Part shown: piece after piece, positions 18,380 to 27,818 of the stretch
Layout of the letters: each line of letters begins with the position of its first letter
Position numbering within the stretch: the stretch's first letter is position 1
From: an uncultured Gammaproteobacteria bacterium
GTDB taxonomy: Bacteria; Patescibacteriota; Microgenomatia; UBA8517
Reading direction: 5' to 3'
Assembly (NCBI GenBank): GCA_965231135.1
Contig: OZ246419.1
Location: forward strand, 577,488-641,487
DNA length: 64,000 bases
Program-made: the position numbers and the translations under genes
Notes under the pieces: model-generated
Databases searched by the model: none
What the model saw: the letters and a program-made list of their open reading frames with translations, nothing else
Told to the model about the DNA's origin: nothing

Positions 18380-19645
18380 ATGAATAAGACGAAAAAAATA
18401 ATTGAACCAAAACAAGAGCAATCTTTTGATCATAAAGTTTTAGGAAAAGAATTAGATTTATTTACTTTTTCTGAAGTTGTTGGCAAAGGATTGCCTCTTT
18501 GGACTCCAAAAGGAGCTTCAATAAGGCGTGAACTTGAGAGATTTATTGTTGATGAAGAAATAAAACGAGGGTACCAGCACGTTTATACTCCAGATATTGC
18601 AAACTTAGGGCTTTATAAAAAGAGCGGGCATTATCCGTATTATAAAGATTCAATGTATGCGCCAATTGTAATTGATGATGAAGAATATATGCTTCGCCCT
18701 ATGACTTGCCCACATCATTTTGAGCTTTATTTAAGCAGACCAAGAAGCTATCGAGAGTTGCCAATGAGAATTGCAGAGATTTCAAAACTTTATAGATATG
18801 AGCAGTCAGGAGAATTAATGGGACTTCAGCGAGTGCGAAGTTTTTGTTTGTCTGATGCACATATAATTACTCAAAAAGAAAATGCGATGGATGAAATTGA
18901 AAAAGTATTGGATTTAATTGATTATGTAACTAATATACTTGGTCTGGTTAAATATAAAGACTATAAATATAGACTTTCTTTAGGGGATAGAAATGATTCA
19001 CAAAAATATTTTAAAGACGATAAAGCATGGGATGATGCAGAAGAAATATTAAGAAAGGCATTAAAATCTCGCAAAATAGAATTTACAGAAGCAGAAAAAG
19101 AAGCCGCGTTTTATGGACCAAAAATTGATATTCAAATGGTTAATGCAAACGGAAAAGAAGATACAGCAATTACAGTGCAATATGATTTTGTAATGCCAAA
19201 GCGATTTGACTTAACTTTTATAAACGAAAAAGGCGAAAAGGAGGAAGCAGTGGTGGTGCACCGATCAAGTATTGGAGCAATTGAGAGAACAATTGCGTTC
19301 TTGATTGAGAAATACAAGGGTGCATTTCCTCTTTGGCTTAGCCCTGTACAAGTTAAAATCTTGCCACTTACAGAGCGAAATGTAGATTATGCTAAGAAAA
19401 TTTATGAGGAACTGATGGAGAATAAAATTAGAGTGGAAATTGATGATAGAAATGAAACTCTTGGAGCGAAAATTCGCGATGCGCAGAAAGAAAAGGTAAA
19501 TTATATGGTAATTGTTGGCGACCGAGACGAGAAAGTAAAAGTAATTTCCGTGCGTACACGCGGCGAAAAAGACCTTGGACAAATGAAATTAGACGAATTT
19601 TTGAGTAAAATAAGACAAGAAATTGAAACTAAGAGCCTAAACTGA
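18380..19645 (+). CDS. thrS: threonyl-tRNA synthetase, short form (catalytic core plus anticodon-binding domain only)
   Basis: A class II core and a C-terminal anticodon-binding domain are present. The 421-aa protein lacks the N-terminal TGS/editing domains. Confidence 0.9.
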   Translation: MNKTKKIIEPKQEQSFDHKVLGKELDLFTFSEVVGKGLPLWTPKGASIRRELERFIVDEEIKRGYQHVYTPDIANLGLYKKSGHYPYYKDSMYAPIVIDDEEYMLRPMTCPHHFELYLSRPRSYRELPMRIAEISKLYRYEQSGELMGLQRVRSFCLSDAHIITQKENAMDEIEKVLDLIDYVTNILGLVKYKDYKYRLSLGDRNDSQKYFKDDKAWDDAEEILRKALKSRKIEFTEAEKEAAFYGPKIDIQMVNANGKEDTAITVQYDFVMPKRFDLTFINEKGEKEEAVVVHRSSIGAIERTIAFLIEKYKGAFPLWLSPVQVKILPLTERNVDYAKKIYEELMENKIRVEIDDRNETLGAKIRDAQKEKVNYMVIVGDRDEKVKVISVRTRGEKDLGQMKLDEFLSKIRQEIETKSLN

Positions 19646-19662
19646 TATAATTCTCTATAGAT

Positions 19663-20262
19663 TTGAAGAAAACTAATCTGTATTTTAAATCAAACGAGCA
19701 AATACACGCTGCCGAGCTTCGTGTACTTACAGTTGATAACAAACAGATTGGAGTAATAAGCCGGGACGAAGCTTTGAAAAAAGCAAGGGAAGAGAATTTA
19801 GATTTGATTCTTATTGCGGAAAGCGCAAATCCGCCAGTTGCTAAAATTGCCGATCTTGGTAAATTTATTTATCAAGAAGAGAAAAAGCTTAAAAAAAGCA
19901 AAGCAAAAGTAAGCGACTTGAAAGAAATCAGATTTTCGCCATTTATTGGAGAAGCTGATTATACGACAAGAGTCAAAAGAGTTAAAGAGTTTTTGGAGGA
20001 TAGAGATAAGGTAAAACTAACCGTTGTTTTTTTGGGGCGCCAGATGAACAGCAAAAGTTTTGGATACGGACTATTAGATAAGATTGTAAAGGAACTTGGG
20101 GATACGATACATATTGATAGCGAGCCGAAATTTTTGGGAAGATATTTATCAATGATAATATCGCCGACAGGAAAAAAGAGTAAGGAATTTGTCGATAATA
20201 TTAACAGAAAGGAATCGCATGCCGAAACAGAAAACAAGGAAATCAGTAACAAAGAGATTTAA
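19663..20262 (+). CDS. infC: translation initiation factor IF-3
   Basis: 'LRVLTVDNKQIGVISRDEALKKAREENLDLILIAESANPPVAKI' matches IF-3. The start is non-AUG: TTG at 19663 or ATA at 19657. Confidence 0.85.
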   Translation: MKKTNLYFKSNEQIHAAELRVLTVDNKQIGVISRDEALKKAREENLDLILIAESANPPVAKIADLGKFIYQEEKKLKKSKAKVSDLKEIRFSPFIGEADYTTRVKRVKEFLEDRDKVKLTVVFLGRQMNSKSFGYGLLDKIVKELGDTIHIDSEPKFLGRYLSMIISPTGKKSKEFVDNINRKESHAETENKEISNKEI

Positions 20263-20425
20263 AATTACAAAAAACGGGAAAGTAATGTTCCGTCATAACT
20301 TTTCCAGACATTTGCGTATCAAAAAATCTCGTGCAAAGAAACGAGCAGCAAAAAGACCAGCTGTAATGACAAGTTATTATGCAAAGAAAATAAGAAAGTC
20401 GCTTGGAGTAACTTTAACAAAATAA
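20219..20425 (+). CDS. rpmI: 50S ribosomal protein L35
   Basis: The protein begins 'MPKQKTRKSVTKRFKITKNGKV'. Its start at 20219 overlaps the infC 3' end. Confidence 0.85.
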   Translation: MPKQKTRKSVTKRFKITKNGKVMFRHNFSRHLRIKKSRAKKRAAKRPAVMTSYYAKKIRKSLGVTLTK

Positions 20426-20426
20426 T

Positions 20427-20765
20427 ATGGCACGTATTAAATCAAAAGCACAAGTAAAACACAGGAAACTTCGAAAATTAACGAAAGGTTATGGAACTGT
20501 AAGACATAAAAGAATTGCAGCAATGAATGCAGCAGTTTTGCATGCAGGACAATATGCATTTGCAGGACGCAAACTTCGAAAAAGAGATTTAAGAGCTCTT
20601 TGGATAATAAGGCTCAATGCAGCAGTCAGAGAACATGGACTTTCATATTCTAAATTTATAGCAGGACTTCATAAAAACAAAGTTGAAGTTGATCGAAAAA
20701 TATTATCTGATATTGCAATTAAAGATCCAGAAAGCTTTAAACAAATAGTTGCCGCAGTAAAGTAA
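20427..20765 (+). CDS. rplT: 50S ribosomal protein L20
   Basis: The protein begins 'MARIKSKAQVKHRKLRKLTKGYGTVRHKRIAA'. Confidence 0.9.
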   Translation: MARIKSKAQVKHRKLRKLTKGYGTVRHKRIAAMNAAVLHAGQYAFAGRKLRKRDLRALWIIRLNAAVREHGLSYSKFIAGLHKNKVEVDRKILSDIAIKDPESFKQIVAAVK

Positions 20766-20792
20766 ACAGAAGTTTGACTTTCGCGACAACGA

Positions 20793-20817
20793 TAACCCGC
20801 AAACAAGCGGGTTTTTT
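20793..20817 (+). terminator. Rho-independent terminator after rplT
   Basis: The stem aacccgc/gcgggtt with an aaacaa loop is followed by T6. Confidence 0.7.
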
Positions 20818-20926
20818 AATGGAAAAATGATAAATTAAAAAATTATAAAACTAAATATTTATATACAACTAAAAAAGTTTTTGATGAACTTGAAAATCAC
20901 AAAATAGATTATGGACAATTGCAATT

Positions 20927-21331
20927 ATGAATAATAACGGAGGAATTGTTGATGAAAGCATTGATTCAGTTTCTAAACATAATTTTAAAATAATTGATAA
21001 ATATTCTATAAATATTGAGCAGTGTTTACTTGGAAAAGTTGATGTTAAATTAGAAGATATAAAATTTATTATGTCTCATCCACAAGGATTTGAACAATGC
21101 AAAAATAGTTTAAATAAAAAGTTTTTAAGTATTAAAAAGATTGTTGGGAAAAATAAAGAAATTGATCCGGCATATTTAGCGAAAGAACTATCAGAGAATA
21201 AATTAAATAAATATATTGCAATAATTGGGAACAGAAGACTGGCTGAAATTTATAATTTGCAAATTTTGCAAAGAAATTTACAAGATATTACAAACAATTG
21301 GACAACTTTTTTATTAGTGTCAAAAGTTTGA
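20927..21331 (+). pseudogene. prephenate dehydratase (PDT) domain fragment, probable gene remnant
   Basis: 'SHPQGFEQC' matches the PDT motif 'SHPQALAQC'. Only about 134 aa are present, with no N-terminal half and no ACT domain. Confidence 0.4.
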
Positions 21332-21343
21332 TAGAATAAACTC

Positions 21344-22366
21344 ATGAAAGACGAAATTATTAATTTAAAAAATCAGGCATTAGGGAGAATTACAGATGCT
21401 TCAAATTTGGAAGACTTGGAAGAAATAAGAATAGATTTTTTAGGAAGAAATGGACAATTAAATAAATTTTTTAAAGAGATTGCAAATCTTGATGAAAACC
21501 AAAAGAAAGAAGTTGGATTTGTAATTAACGAATCGAAAAGAACTGTTGAAGAATTTATAAACGAGAAAAAAGCGCATTTTAAAGAATCTACAAAAAAAAT
21601 ATTTGATGAAACAATTCCAGGAGAGTTGCCGCCAATAGGCCACATTCATCTAGTAACTCAGGCGATTAATGAAATAAGTAATGTATTTGAAAAGATAGGT
21701 TTCATTCGACAAAGATACCCAGAAGTAGAATGGGACTGGTATGGATTTGGTGCATTAAATTTTCCCGAGAATCATCCTGCGCGCGACGATTGGGAAACTT
21801 TTTTTATGGATACAAATCCTGATGTAAAATTTGGACCGATGATTTTAACGCCACATACTTCAAGCGGGCAAATACGAGAAATGGAAAGAACTAAACCGCC
21901 GATAAGAATGATTAATATTGCAAAATGCTACAGAAGACAACTGGATAATAGACATTTAACAATGTTTCATCAGTTTGAAGGATTAGTCGTTGATGAAAAT
22001 ATAACTTTAGTAAATTTAAAAGGAACACTTGATTACTTTGCAACCGCGTTTTTCGGAGAAAAACGACGAACTCGTTTAAGACCTTATCATTTTCAGTTTA
22101 CAGAGCCAAGTTTTGAAGTAGATATTACTTGTGGAATTTGTAACGGCAAAGGTTGTAAATTTTGTAAAGAAGGATGGCTTGAACTTGGAGGAGCTGGAAT
22201 GGTTCATCCAAACGTTTTAAGAGCTGGAGGAATTGATAGCAAAAAATATTCTGGGTTTGCATTTGGGTGGGGAGTGGAGAGAACTTTTATGATGAAAGAA
22301 AATATGAATTTTGACGATATAAGAACTTTATATAGCAGTGATGTGAGAGTTTTACAACAATTTTAA
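21344..22366 (+). CDS. pheS: phenylalanyl-tRNA synthetase alpha subunit
   Basis: The class II core contains 'FQFTEPSFEVDI' and 'GWGVERTFMMKEN', with a Cys4 insertion. Confidence 0.9.
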   Translation: MKDEIINLKNQALGRITDASNLEDLEEIRIDFLGRNGQLNKFFKEIANLDENQKKEVGFVINESKRTVEEFINEKKAHFKESTKKIFDETIPGELPPIGHIHLVTQAINEISNVFEKIGFIRQRYPEVEWDWYGFGALNFPENHPARDDWETFFMDTNPDVKFGPMILTPHTSSGQIREMERTKPPIRMINIAKCYRRQLDNRHLTMFHQFEGLVVDENITLVNLKGTLDYFATAFFGEKRRTRLRPYHFQFTEPSFEVDITCGICNGKGCKFCKEGWLELGGAGMVHPNVLRAGGIDSKKYSGFAFGWGVERTFMMKENMNFDDIRTLYSSDVRVLQQF

Positions 22367-22369
22367 TTT

Positions 22370-24295
22370 ATGGATATTAAAATATCACACAACTGGTTAA
22401 AAGAATATTTACAGACTAATGCAAGTGTAAAAGAAATTGGAGATAAACTTGCTTTATCAGGGCCTTCTGTAGAAAAAATAGAGAAAGTAAAAAACGACTA
22501 TATTTATGATACTGAAGTAACTGCAAACAGAGTTGATTGTATGTCTATTCTTGGAATTGCAAGAGAAGCATCAGCAATTTTGCCTAATGCAAAATTAAAA
22601 AGAGAAAAAAATAAGCAAAGCTTGCACGGCTACGCCGGTAAAAATACGAAAGATTTATTAAAAATTAAAATAGACCCTAAATTTGTAAATAGAGTAATGG
22701 CTGTAGTGATGGAGGTAAAAATAGGGAAGTCACCACAAATTATTAAAGACAGATTAGAAAGTGCTGATATGCGATCTTTAAACAATTTAGTTGATGTAAC
22801 AAATTATGTAATGCAAGAAATAGGACATCCAACTCATGTTTTTGATTTTGATTTAATTCCAGATGGAATTCTGAATTTCAGATTATCTCAAAAAGGAGAA
22901 ACAATAATAACTCTTGACGATAGAACTTATGAGCTTTTAGGAGATGATATTGTCATCGAAGATATAAATAGAAATATTATTGATTTACCAGGAATAATGG
23001 GAACAAAAAATTCTGTTGTAAATAATAATACAAAAAGAATTATATTTTTTATTGATAATATTGATAAGCAAAAATTACGAAAAACATCCACAAGACTTGG
23101 AATTCGAACAAATGCTGCGATATTAAACGAAAAAGGAGTCGATCCTGAGCTTGCAGCAATTGCATTTGAAAAAGGAATCGAGCTTTATAAAAAGATAGCT
23201 GATGCAAAAACAATTAGTAGGATTTATGACATATACCCAAGAATTTATAAACAGAAACTTGTGAAGCTTAACCACAGCTTCATAGAAAAGAAAATTGGTA
23301 TTAAAATTCCAAACAAAAAGGTTGTAGAAATTTTAGAAAAGCTTGGATTTGAAGTTAAAGTTAAGGGAAACGAAGTAAGCAAAGCTTGTGACGATTACGT
23401 CATAAAAGTCCCTTCATGGCGAGCAAATGATGTAACAATTCCTGAGGATATTGTTGAAGAAGTTGCCAGAATTTATGGATATTATAATTTGCCAAGCGAA
23501 ATAATGAGCGGAAAACTCCCTGCACCAATAACTAATACAGATTTTGATTTTGTGAATAAAATTAAGGAGATTTTAAAATCTCACGGAGGATTTGAAATTT
23601 ATACAAATTCTTTGGTTTCAAAAGAGATGGCAGGAGAAACTGCACTTAAATTAAAAAATCCGCTTGGAGGAGATGCAGAATATTTAAGAACCAGTTTAAA
23701 ACCTTCTTTAATAAACGCTGTCAAAGAAAACAAAAAATTTTATCACGAAACGACAAATTCGGCTTATTTATTTGAAGTTGCAAACGTTTACTTAAGAAAA
23801 GACCCTTCGGCTGCGCTCAGGGTGACAGCTTTGCCAAAAGAGAACATGACTCTCGCTGCCATTTTTGCAAATTATGAATATCGAAAAGCAAAAGGAATAG
23901 TTGAAGCATTATATAAAGAACTTCATATTAACGAAAAATTTAATCTAGAAATTTTAAATGATACAGAGTTTTATTTTGAAATAGATATTGAAACTTTGAA
24001 GAAAAACTATAAAGATTTTGCAAAGTTTGTACCGATTTCAAAATATCCAAGCCAAATTGAAGACGTTACTTTTGAATTTTTAAGTAATGTGAAGGTTGGA
24101 GAAATAATTGGCGAAATTAAAAAAGTGGAGAATGTTGAAAATGTAGAATTGAAAGAAATTTACAAAAATAATTTTACATTTCGAATTTGGTATCATGATA
24201 ACGAAAAAACTTTGAGCGACGCGGATGTAAATAAAATAAGAGAGAAAATTATTTGGGAAGTGAATAGTAAATTTGGTGGGAGTGTTAAGAATTAA
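22370..24295 (+). CDS. pheT: phenylalanyl-tRNA synthetase beta subunit (short form)
   Basis: B3/4 and B5 domains and a C-terminal anticodon-binding-like region are present. It lies 4 nt after pheS. At 641 aa it lacks the N-terminal tRNA-binding domain. Confidence 0.85.
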   Translation: MDIKISHNWLKEYLQTNASVKEIGDKLALSGPSVEKIEKVKNDYIYDTEVTANRVDCMSILGIAREASAILPNAKLKREKNKQSLHGYAGKNTKDLLKIKIDPKFVNRVMAVVMEVKIGKSPQIIKDRLESADMRSLNNLVDVTNYVMQEIGHPTHVFDFDLIPDGILNFRLSQKGETIITLDDRTYELLGDDIVIEDINRNIIDLPGIMGTKNSVVNNNTKRIIFFIDNIDKQKLRKTSTRLGIRTNAAILNEKGVDPELAAIAFEKGIELYKKIADAKTISRIYDIYPRIYKQKLVKLNHSFIEKKIGIKIPNKKVVEILEKLGFEVKVKGNEVSKACDDYVIKVPSWRANDVTIPEDIVEEVARIYGYYNLPSEIMSGKLPAPITNTDFDFVNKIKEILKSHGGFEIYTNSLVSKEMAGETALKLKNPLGGDAEYLRTSLKPSLINAVKENKKFYHETTNSAYLFEVANVYLRKDPSAALRVTALPKENMTLAAIFANYEYRKAKGIVEALYKELHINEKFNLEILNDTEFYFEIDIETLKKNYKDFAKFVPISKYPSQIEDVTFEFLSNVKVGEIIGEIKKVENVENVELKEIYKNNFTFRIWYHDNEKTLSDADVNKIREKIIWEVNSKFGGSVKN

Positions 24296-24714
24296 TTTTT
24301 AAAATCTGTTTGTATAAGAGGCGATATTTCGTCTCGTATGTTAGGTAACGATAAACTTACAGACGCAGACATATCTTCACTTAAGCTATCTAAATAAGTA
24401 CTAAGTTCATCTCTCCTTTCCTCGGAAGTAATATCTCCGACTGCGTTTAAAAGCCAAAATGTCTTCGCTATATCAACTACCTCTATTTTTTTGTCGTTGG
24501 TAGATAATAATTCTGATAAGGTTTGGGCCAATTTTAATCTTGCTATTTCTAACTTAGTATAAGGTTTTTCTTTTGATAATTTTAATCCAGCAGATAGACC
24601 ACTGGAGTTTTGCATATTCTGAAAATAACGTCTAATTTTCTCTGGAAGCCTATCACTTTTCTGGGTAAGAAGTTCGTCAAAATCTGAATTGCCGATTTGT
24701 GTATCTGGCGTCAT
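24292..24714 (-). CDS. hypothetical protein
   Basis: The 140-aa ORF has no motif. Confidence 0.3.
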   Translation of the reverse strand: MTPDTQIGNSDFDELLTQKSDRLPEKIRRYFQNMQNSSGLSAGLKLSKEKPYTKLEIARLKLAQTLSELLSTNDKKIEVVDIAKTFWLLNAVGDITSEERRDELSTYLDSLSEDMSASVSLSLPNIRDEISPLIQTDFKN

Positions 24715-24744
24715 TAACTGATGTATTATATCACTTTGTCAAGA

Positions 24745-27408
24745 TTAAGGAGTAGGAACTGGAGTAGGAGAAGGGGAAGGAGTTGGCTGGGACCAGGATT
24801 GTCCAACGCCAACTGAGATAGTTCGATCAGATTGATTTCCATTTTGGTCTTTGGCAACTGCACGAAGAGTGTGAATGCCATTTGAAATTCCATTTGCTTG
24901 ATATTGATATGGCAAATTATTAACAGTGCCAACTTGCGTCCCGTCTATGTAAAAGTCAACTTCAGTAATTGTACTTGACGACTGCGCATTAACTGAAATT
25001 GTAAAATTATTTCCCAGCATTCCATCCTGATCATGAGGAGAACTAAAATCAACATTAACAGGGTTCCCAGAACCACAATATGTTGTTGGTGGATGATAGC
25101 GATTATCATTTTGAGTATTAAGCCAATTTAAGATTCCCTCCTGCCATTTATTTTCTCCTCCTGGAGCTGCTGTTGGATCTTCTTCTTTAAAGACAAAGTA
25201 TTCCTGATTATTGTAATCGTTTGCTGCAATATTTGACGGAGTTGCTAATTTTCCGTCTTCTTTACAAACTTTAAGATTAACATGAACTGGGTCTGGACCT
25301 TGAGGCTGTGTACCTTTTATAAAATATTCACTACGGCTTTGGAATCCATCATGGGCCTGATAGCCAGAAACTGTATCTACATCTTCTTTAACAATGTTTG
25401 GCGGAGGATTAAATGTGACTTTTGGCTTTCCAGCTAGAGCTTGCTGAATAATTTGATTCCAAATCGGCGCTGCACCTGTAATACCTGATGCGACAGAAAG
25501 CATAGGCGAATTATCATTATTTCCCACCCAAACTCCAGCAAGAGCTTCGCTGTTTCCGCCAACTGTCCAATTATCTCTTTTATCGTTTGTGGTTCCTGTT
25601 TTTACAGCAACATCAAGGCCTGGAACCAAGAGAGAAGAGTTAGCGCCAAATTCAGGAGTTCTTGCAACATTGTCAGATAAAATATCGTCAATCAAAAAAG
25701 CCTGCTCGGCAGTTATAACAGAATTTCCTTTTTGAGGATTGTTTTGTTCCAAAATATTTCCCTTAGCGTCAGTAATTTTCAGGATGGAAATAGGATTCAC
25801 TCTGTAACCGCCATTCATAAAAATAGAATAACCGTCTGCAAGATCAAGAAGTGTAACTTCTCCTCCTCCAAGAGTAACTGAGAGGCCAAGACGGTTTAAA
25901 TTATCCTGAGTCGGCGCAAGTTCTGGAATACCCGCATCATAAGCAGTCTGCAACATATCTTTTATGCCAACCATTGCAAGAACTTTGACAGCTGGAACAT
26001 TTCTGGAATTTGCAAGAGCATAACGAAGCTGAATTGGGCCAACAAATTTTCCGTCATAATTTACTGGCACATAATCGGGGTTATTGGCGCCGCCTGGGAA
26101 TGAAGTTTGTACATCCATGACCATGGTTGCCGGAGTGTAGCCTTTTTTAAACGCTGTGACATAAGTAAAAGGCTTAATTGAAGAACCAGGCTGACGCAGA
26201 GCTACGGCAACATTATATTGACCATCATAATCTTTGGCATTGAAATCTTTACTTCCAACCATTGCAAGAATTTCGCCTGTTTGAGGATTTAAAACTACAG
26301 CGGCGCCGTTTGTAATATGGTCACTTTCAACTTTTGCAATTTCATCTGTTACTATTTGCTGGACTTTATCCTGCAGATCCAAATCAAGAGTTGTTGTTAC
26401 AGTTAAGCCTCCTCCTTGAAGAGCACCAGCGCCATATTTATCTTCAATTTCTTTTTCGACATATTGGACAAAATGAGGAGCTTTGAAACTGGCTCCCGGG
26501 TTTTGAAAAGGAAGAGAGGCAATTTGATTGTCTGCTTCTTTTTCCTGATCGCTTGTTATATAGCCATTCGCCTGCATTTGCCGAAGAACATCTTGAGTGC
26601 GGGCAGTATATGCTGCAACGCTTCCGGTGTATGGAGAATAATAAGTTGGGCTTTGAGGAAGCCCGGCCAGGAAAGCACATTCAACAAGATTTAAATTTTT
26701 TGCAGGAATTCCAAAATACATTTCGCTTGCTGCTTCAATTCCCAAAGCAGTTCCTCCATAAGGAATTTGATTAAGATACATTTGCAGAATTTGATCTTTG
26801 GAGAAATTAGCATTAACTTCAATTGTTAAAATAACTTCTTTAAACTTACGAACTACAGTTCTATCCTGTGTTAATAAACTATTTTTAACTAATTGTTGTG
26901 TAAGAGTTGACCCTCCAGCTAATTGGCCGCGGAAAACGGTATTAAAAAGACCGCGGGCAATTCCGATTAAATCAAATCCGTTATTTTTGTAAAAATTTTT
27001 ATCTTCGATCGAGATTACACCTTCGCGAAGATACTGCGGCATATCGCTAAAATCGATTGGGATATTGTTTTCGTTTTGATAAACATCATATAAAACTTTT
27101 CCATTTCTGTCTGTAATTTTGGTTGAGAAACCAGATTCTTTAACAACTTTTGTAGGAGAAGGAAGCTCGCGAGCAATTAAAGGAAAACTAATTAAAACTC
27201 CCAAAATTCCAACTATTACAACTATAAAACTTATTTTTGCAATTTTTGCAATTAACTTTGCGCGTTCTGTTGGATCTTCTGGAAGATGTGGTAAAAAGGG
27301 AAATCTTTTTCTGACGATTTGTCTTCTTCGGGTTTGAGAATAATCATTCCACATGAATTTCATTATATCAGATGTATATTTTTGAGAACAATCAATCTTA
27401 TAGTACAA
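24745..27408 (-). CDS. class A penicillin-binding protein (glycosyltransferase GT51 plus transpeptidase) with a C-terminal extension
   Basis: The GT51 motif is 'GGSTLTQQLVKN'. The transpeptidase motifs are 'SSIKPF' (SxxK) and 'KTGTTND' (KTG). The tail is Pro-rich. Confidence 0.9.
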   Translation of the reverse strand: MYYKIDCSQKYTSDIMKFMWNDYSQTRRRQIVRKRFPFLPHLPEDPTERAKLIAKIAKISFIVVIVGILGVLISFPLIARELPSPTKVVKESGFSTKITDRNGKVLYDVYQNENNIPIDFSDMPQYLREGVISIEDKNFYKNNGFDLIGIARGLFNTVFRGQLAGGSTLTQQLVKNSLLTQDRTVVRKFKEVILTIEVNANFSKDQILQMYLNQIPYGGTALGIEAASEMYFGIPAKNLNLVECAFLAGLPQSPTYYSPYTGSVAAYTARTQDVLRQMQANGYITSDQEKEADNQIASLPFQNPGASFKAPHFVQYVEKEIEDKYGAGALQGGGLTVTTTLDLDLQDKVQQIVTDEIAKVESDHITNGAAVVLNPQTGEILAMVGSKDFNAKDYDGQYNVAVALRQPGSSIKPFTYVTAFKKGYTPATMVMDVQTSFPGGANNPDYVPVNYDGKFVGPIQLRYALANSRNVPAVKVLAMVGIKDMLQTAYDAGIPELAPTQDNLNRLGLSVTLGGGEVTLLDLADGYSIFMNGGYRVNPISILKITDAKGNILEQNNPQKGNSVITAEQAFLIDDILSDNVARTPEFGANSSLLVPGLDVAVKTGTTNDKRDNWTVGGNSEALAGVWVGNNDNSPMLSVASGITGAAPIWNQIIQQALAGKPKVTFNPPPNIVKEDVDTVSGYQAHDGFQSRSEYFIKGTQPQGPDPVHVNLKVCKEDGKLATPSNIAANDYNNQEYFVFKEEDPTAAPGGENKWQEGILNWLNTQNDNRYHPPTTYCGSGNPVNVDFSSPHDQDGMLGNNFTISVNAQSSSTITEVDFYIDGTQVGTVNNLPYQYQANGISNGIHTLRAVAKDQNGNQSDRTISVGVGQSWSQPTPSPSPTPVPTP

Positions 27409-27818
27409 TATGTGGTGACTGAAAGAACTTTTGGCGAAACATTTGGTCGTATTGCTGTCGGATTTTTGTTAGCATCTACACTGTCAATATGACAAAGCTA
27501 CTTTAGCACTATCTCCCGACGGGACAAAACCTGCTATCATCAGCGAGGTAAACGGACACAGTATTTTATATTTTGATGGTAAACCATTTTGGTCACCTGA
27601 TAGCAACAAAATCGTTATTAAAGAACAAATTCAATTACCTGGAAATTCAATGCTCATTGTGTTTGGTATAGACGATAGAAGTGAACAAAACACTCTTTCT
27701 CATCATGAAGATTTAAAAATCAGTATATGGAAATTAAATGGTGAACTAATTCTCCAAACTCCAGATACAAATATCTCTATTGATTTAAAATAAACATTTT
27801 ATTTGATAAAATAGATTC

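Noticed and set aside
20806-20822. The motif 'gcgggttttttaatgg' shared between the rplT terminator and the typA leader (56826-56842)
   Set aside because: It is a generic GC-stem plus T-run; the flanking sequences are unrelated. The separate 21-nt promoter repeat is the convincing shared element.
26416-27337. Several 60-90-aa ORFs on the + strand inside the class A PBP gene
   Set aside because: They are antisense to a strongly supported 887-aa gene.
27409-27818. A T-box leader upstream of tyrS, and likewise upstream of pheS at 20818-21343
   Set aside because: No GGTGGnACC-like T-box core or specifier hairpin was found by eye. Only the thrS leader shows these.
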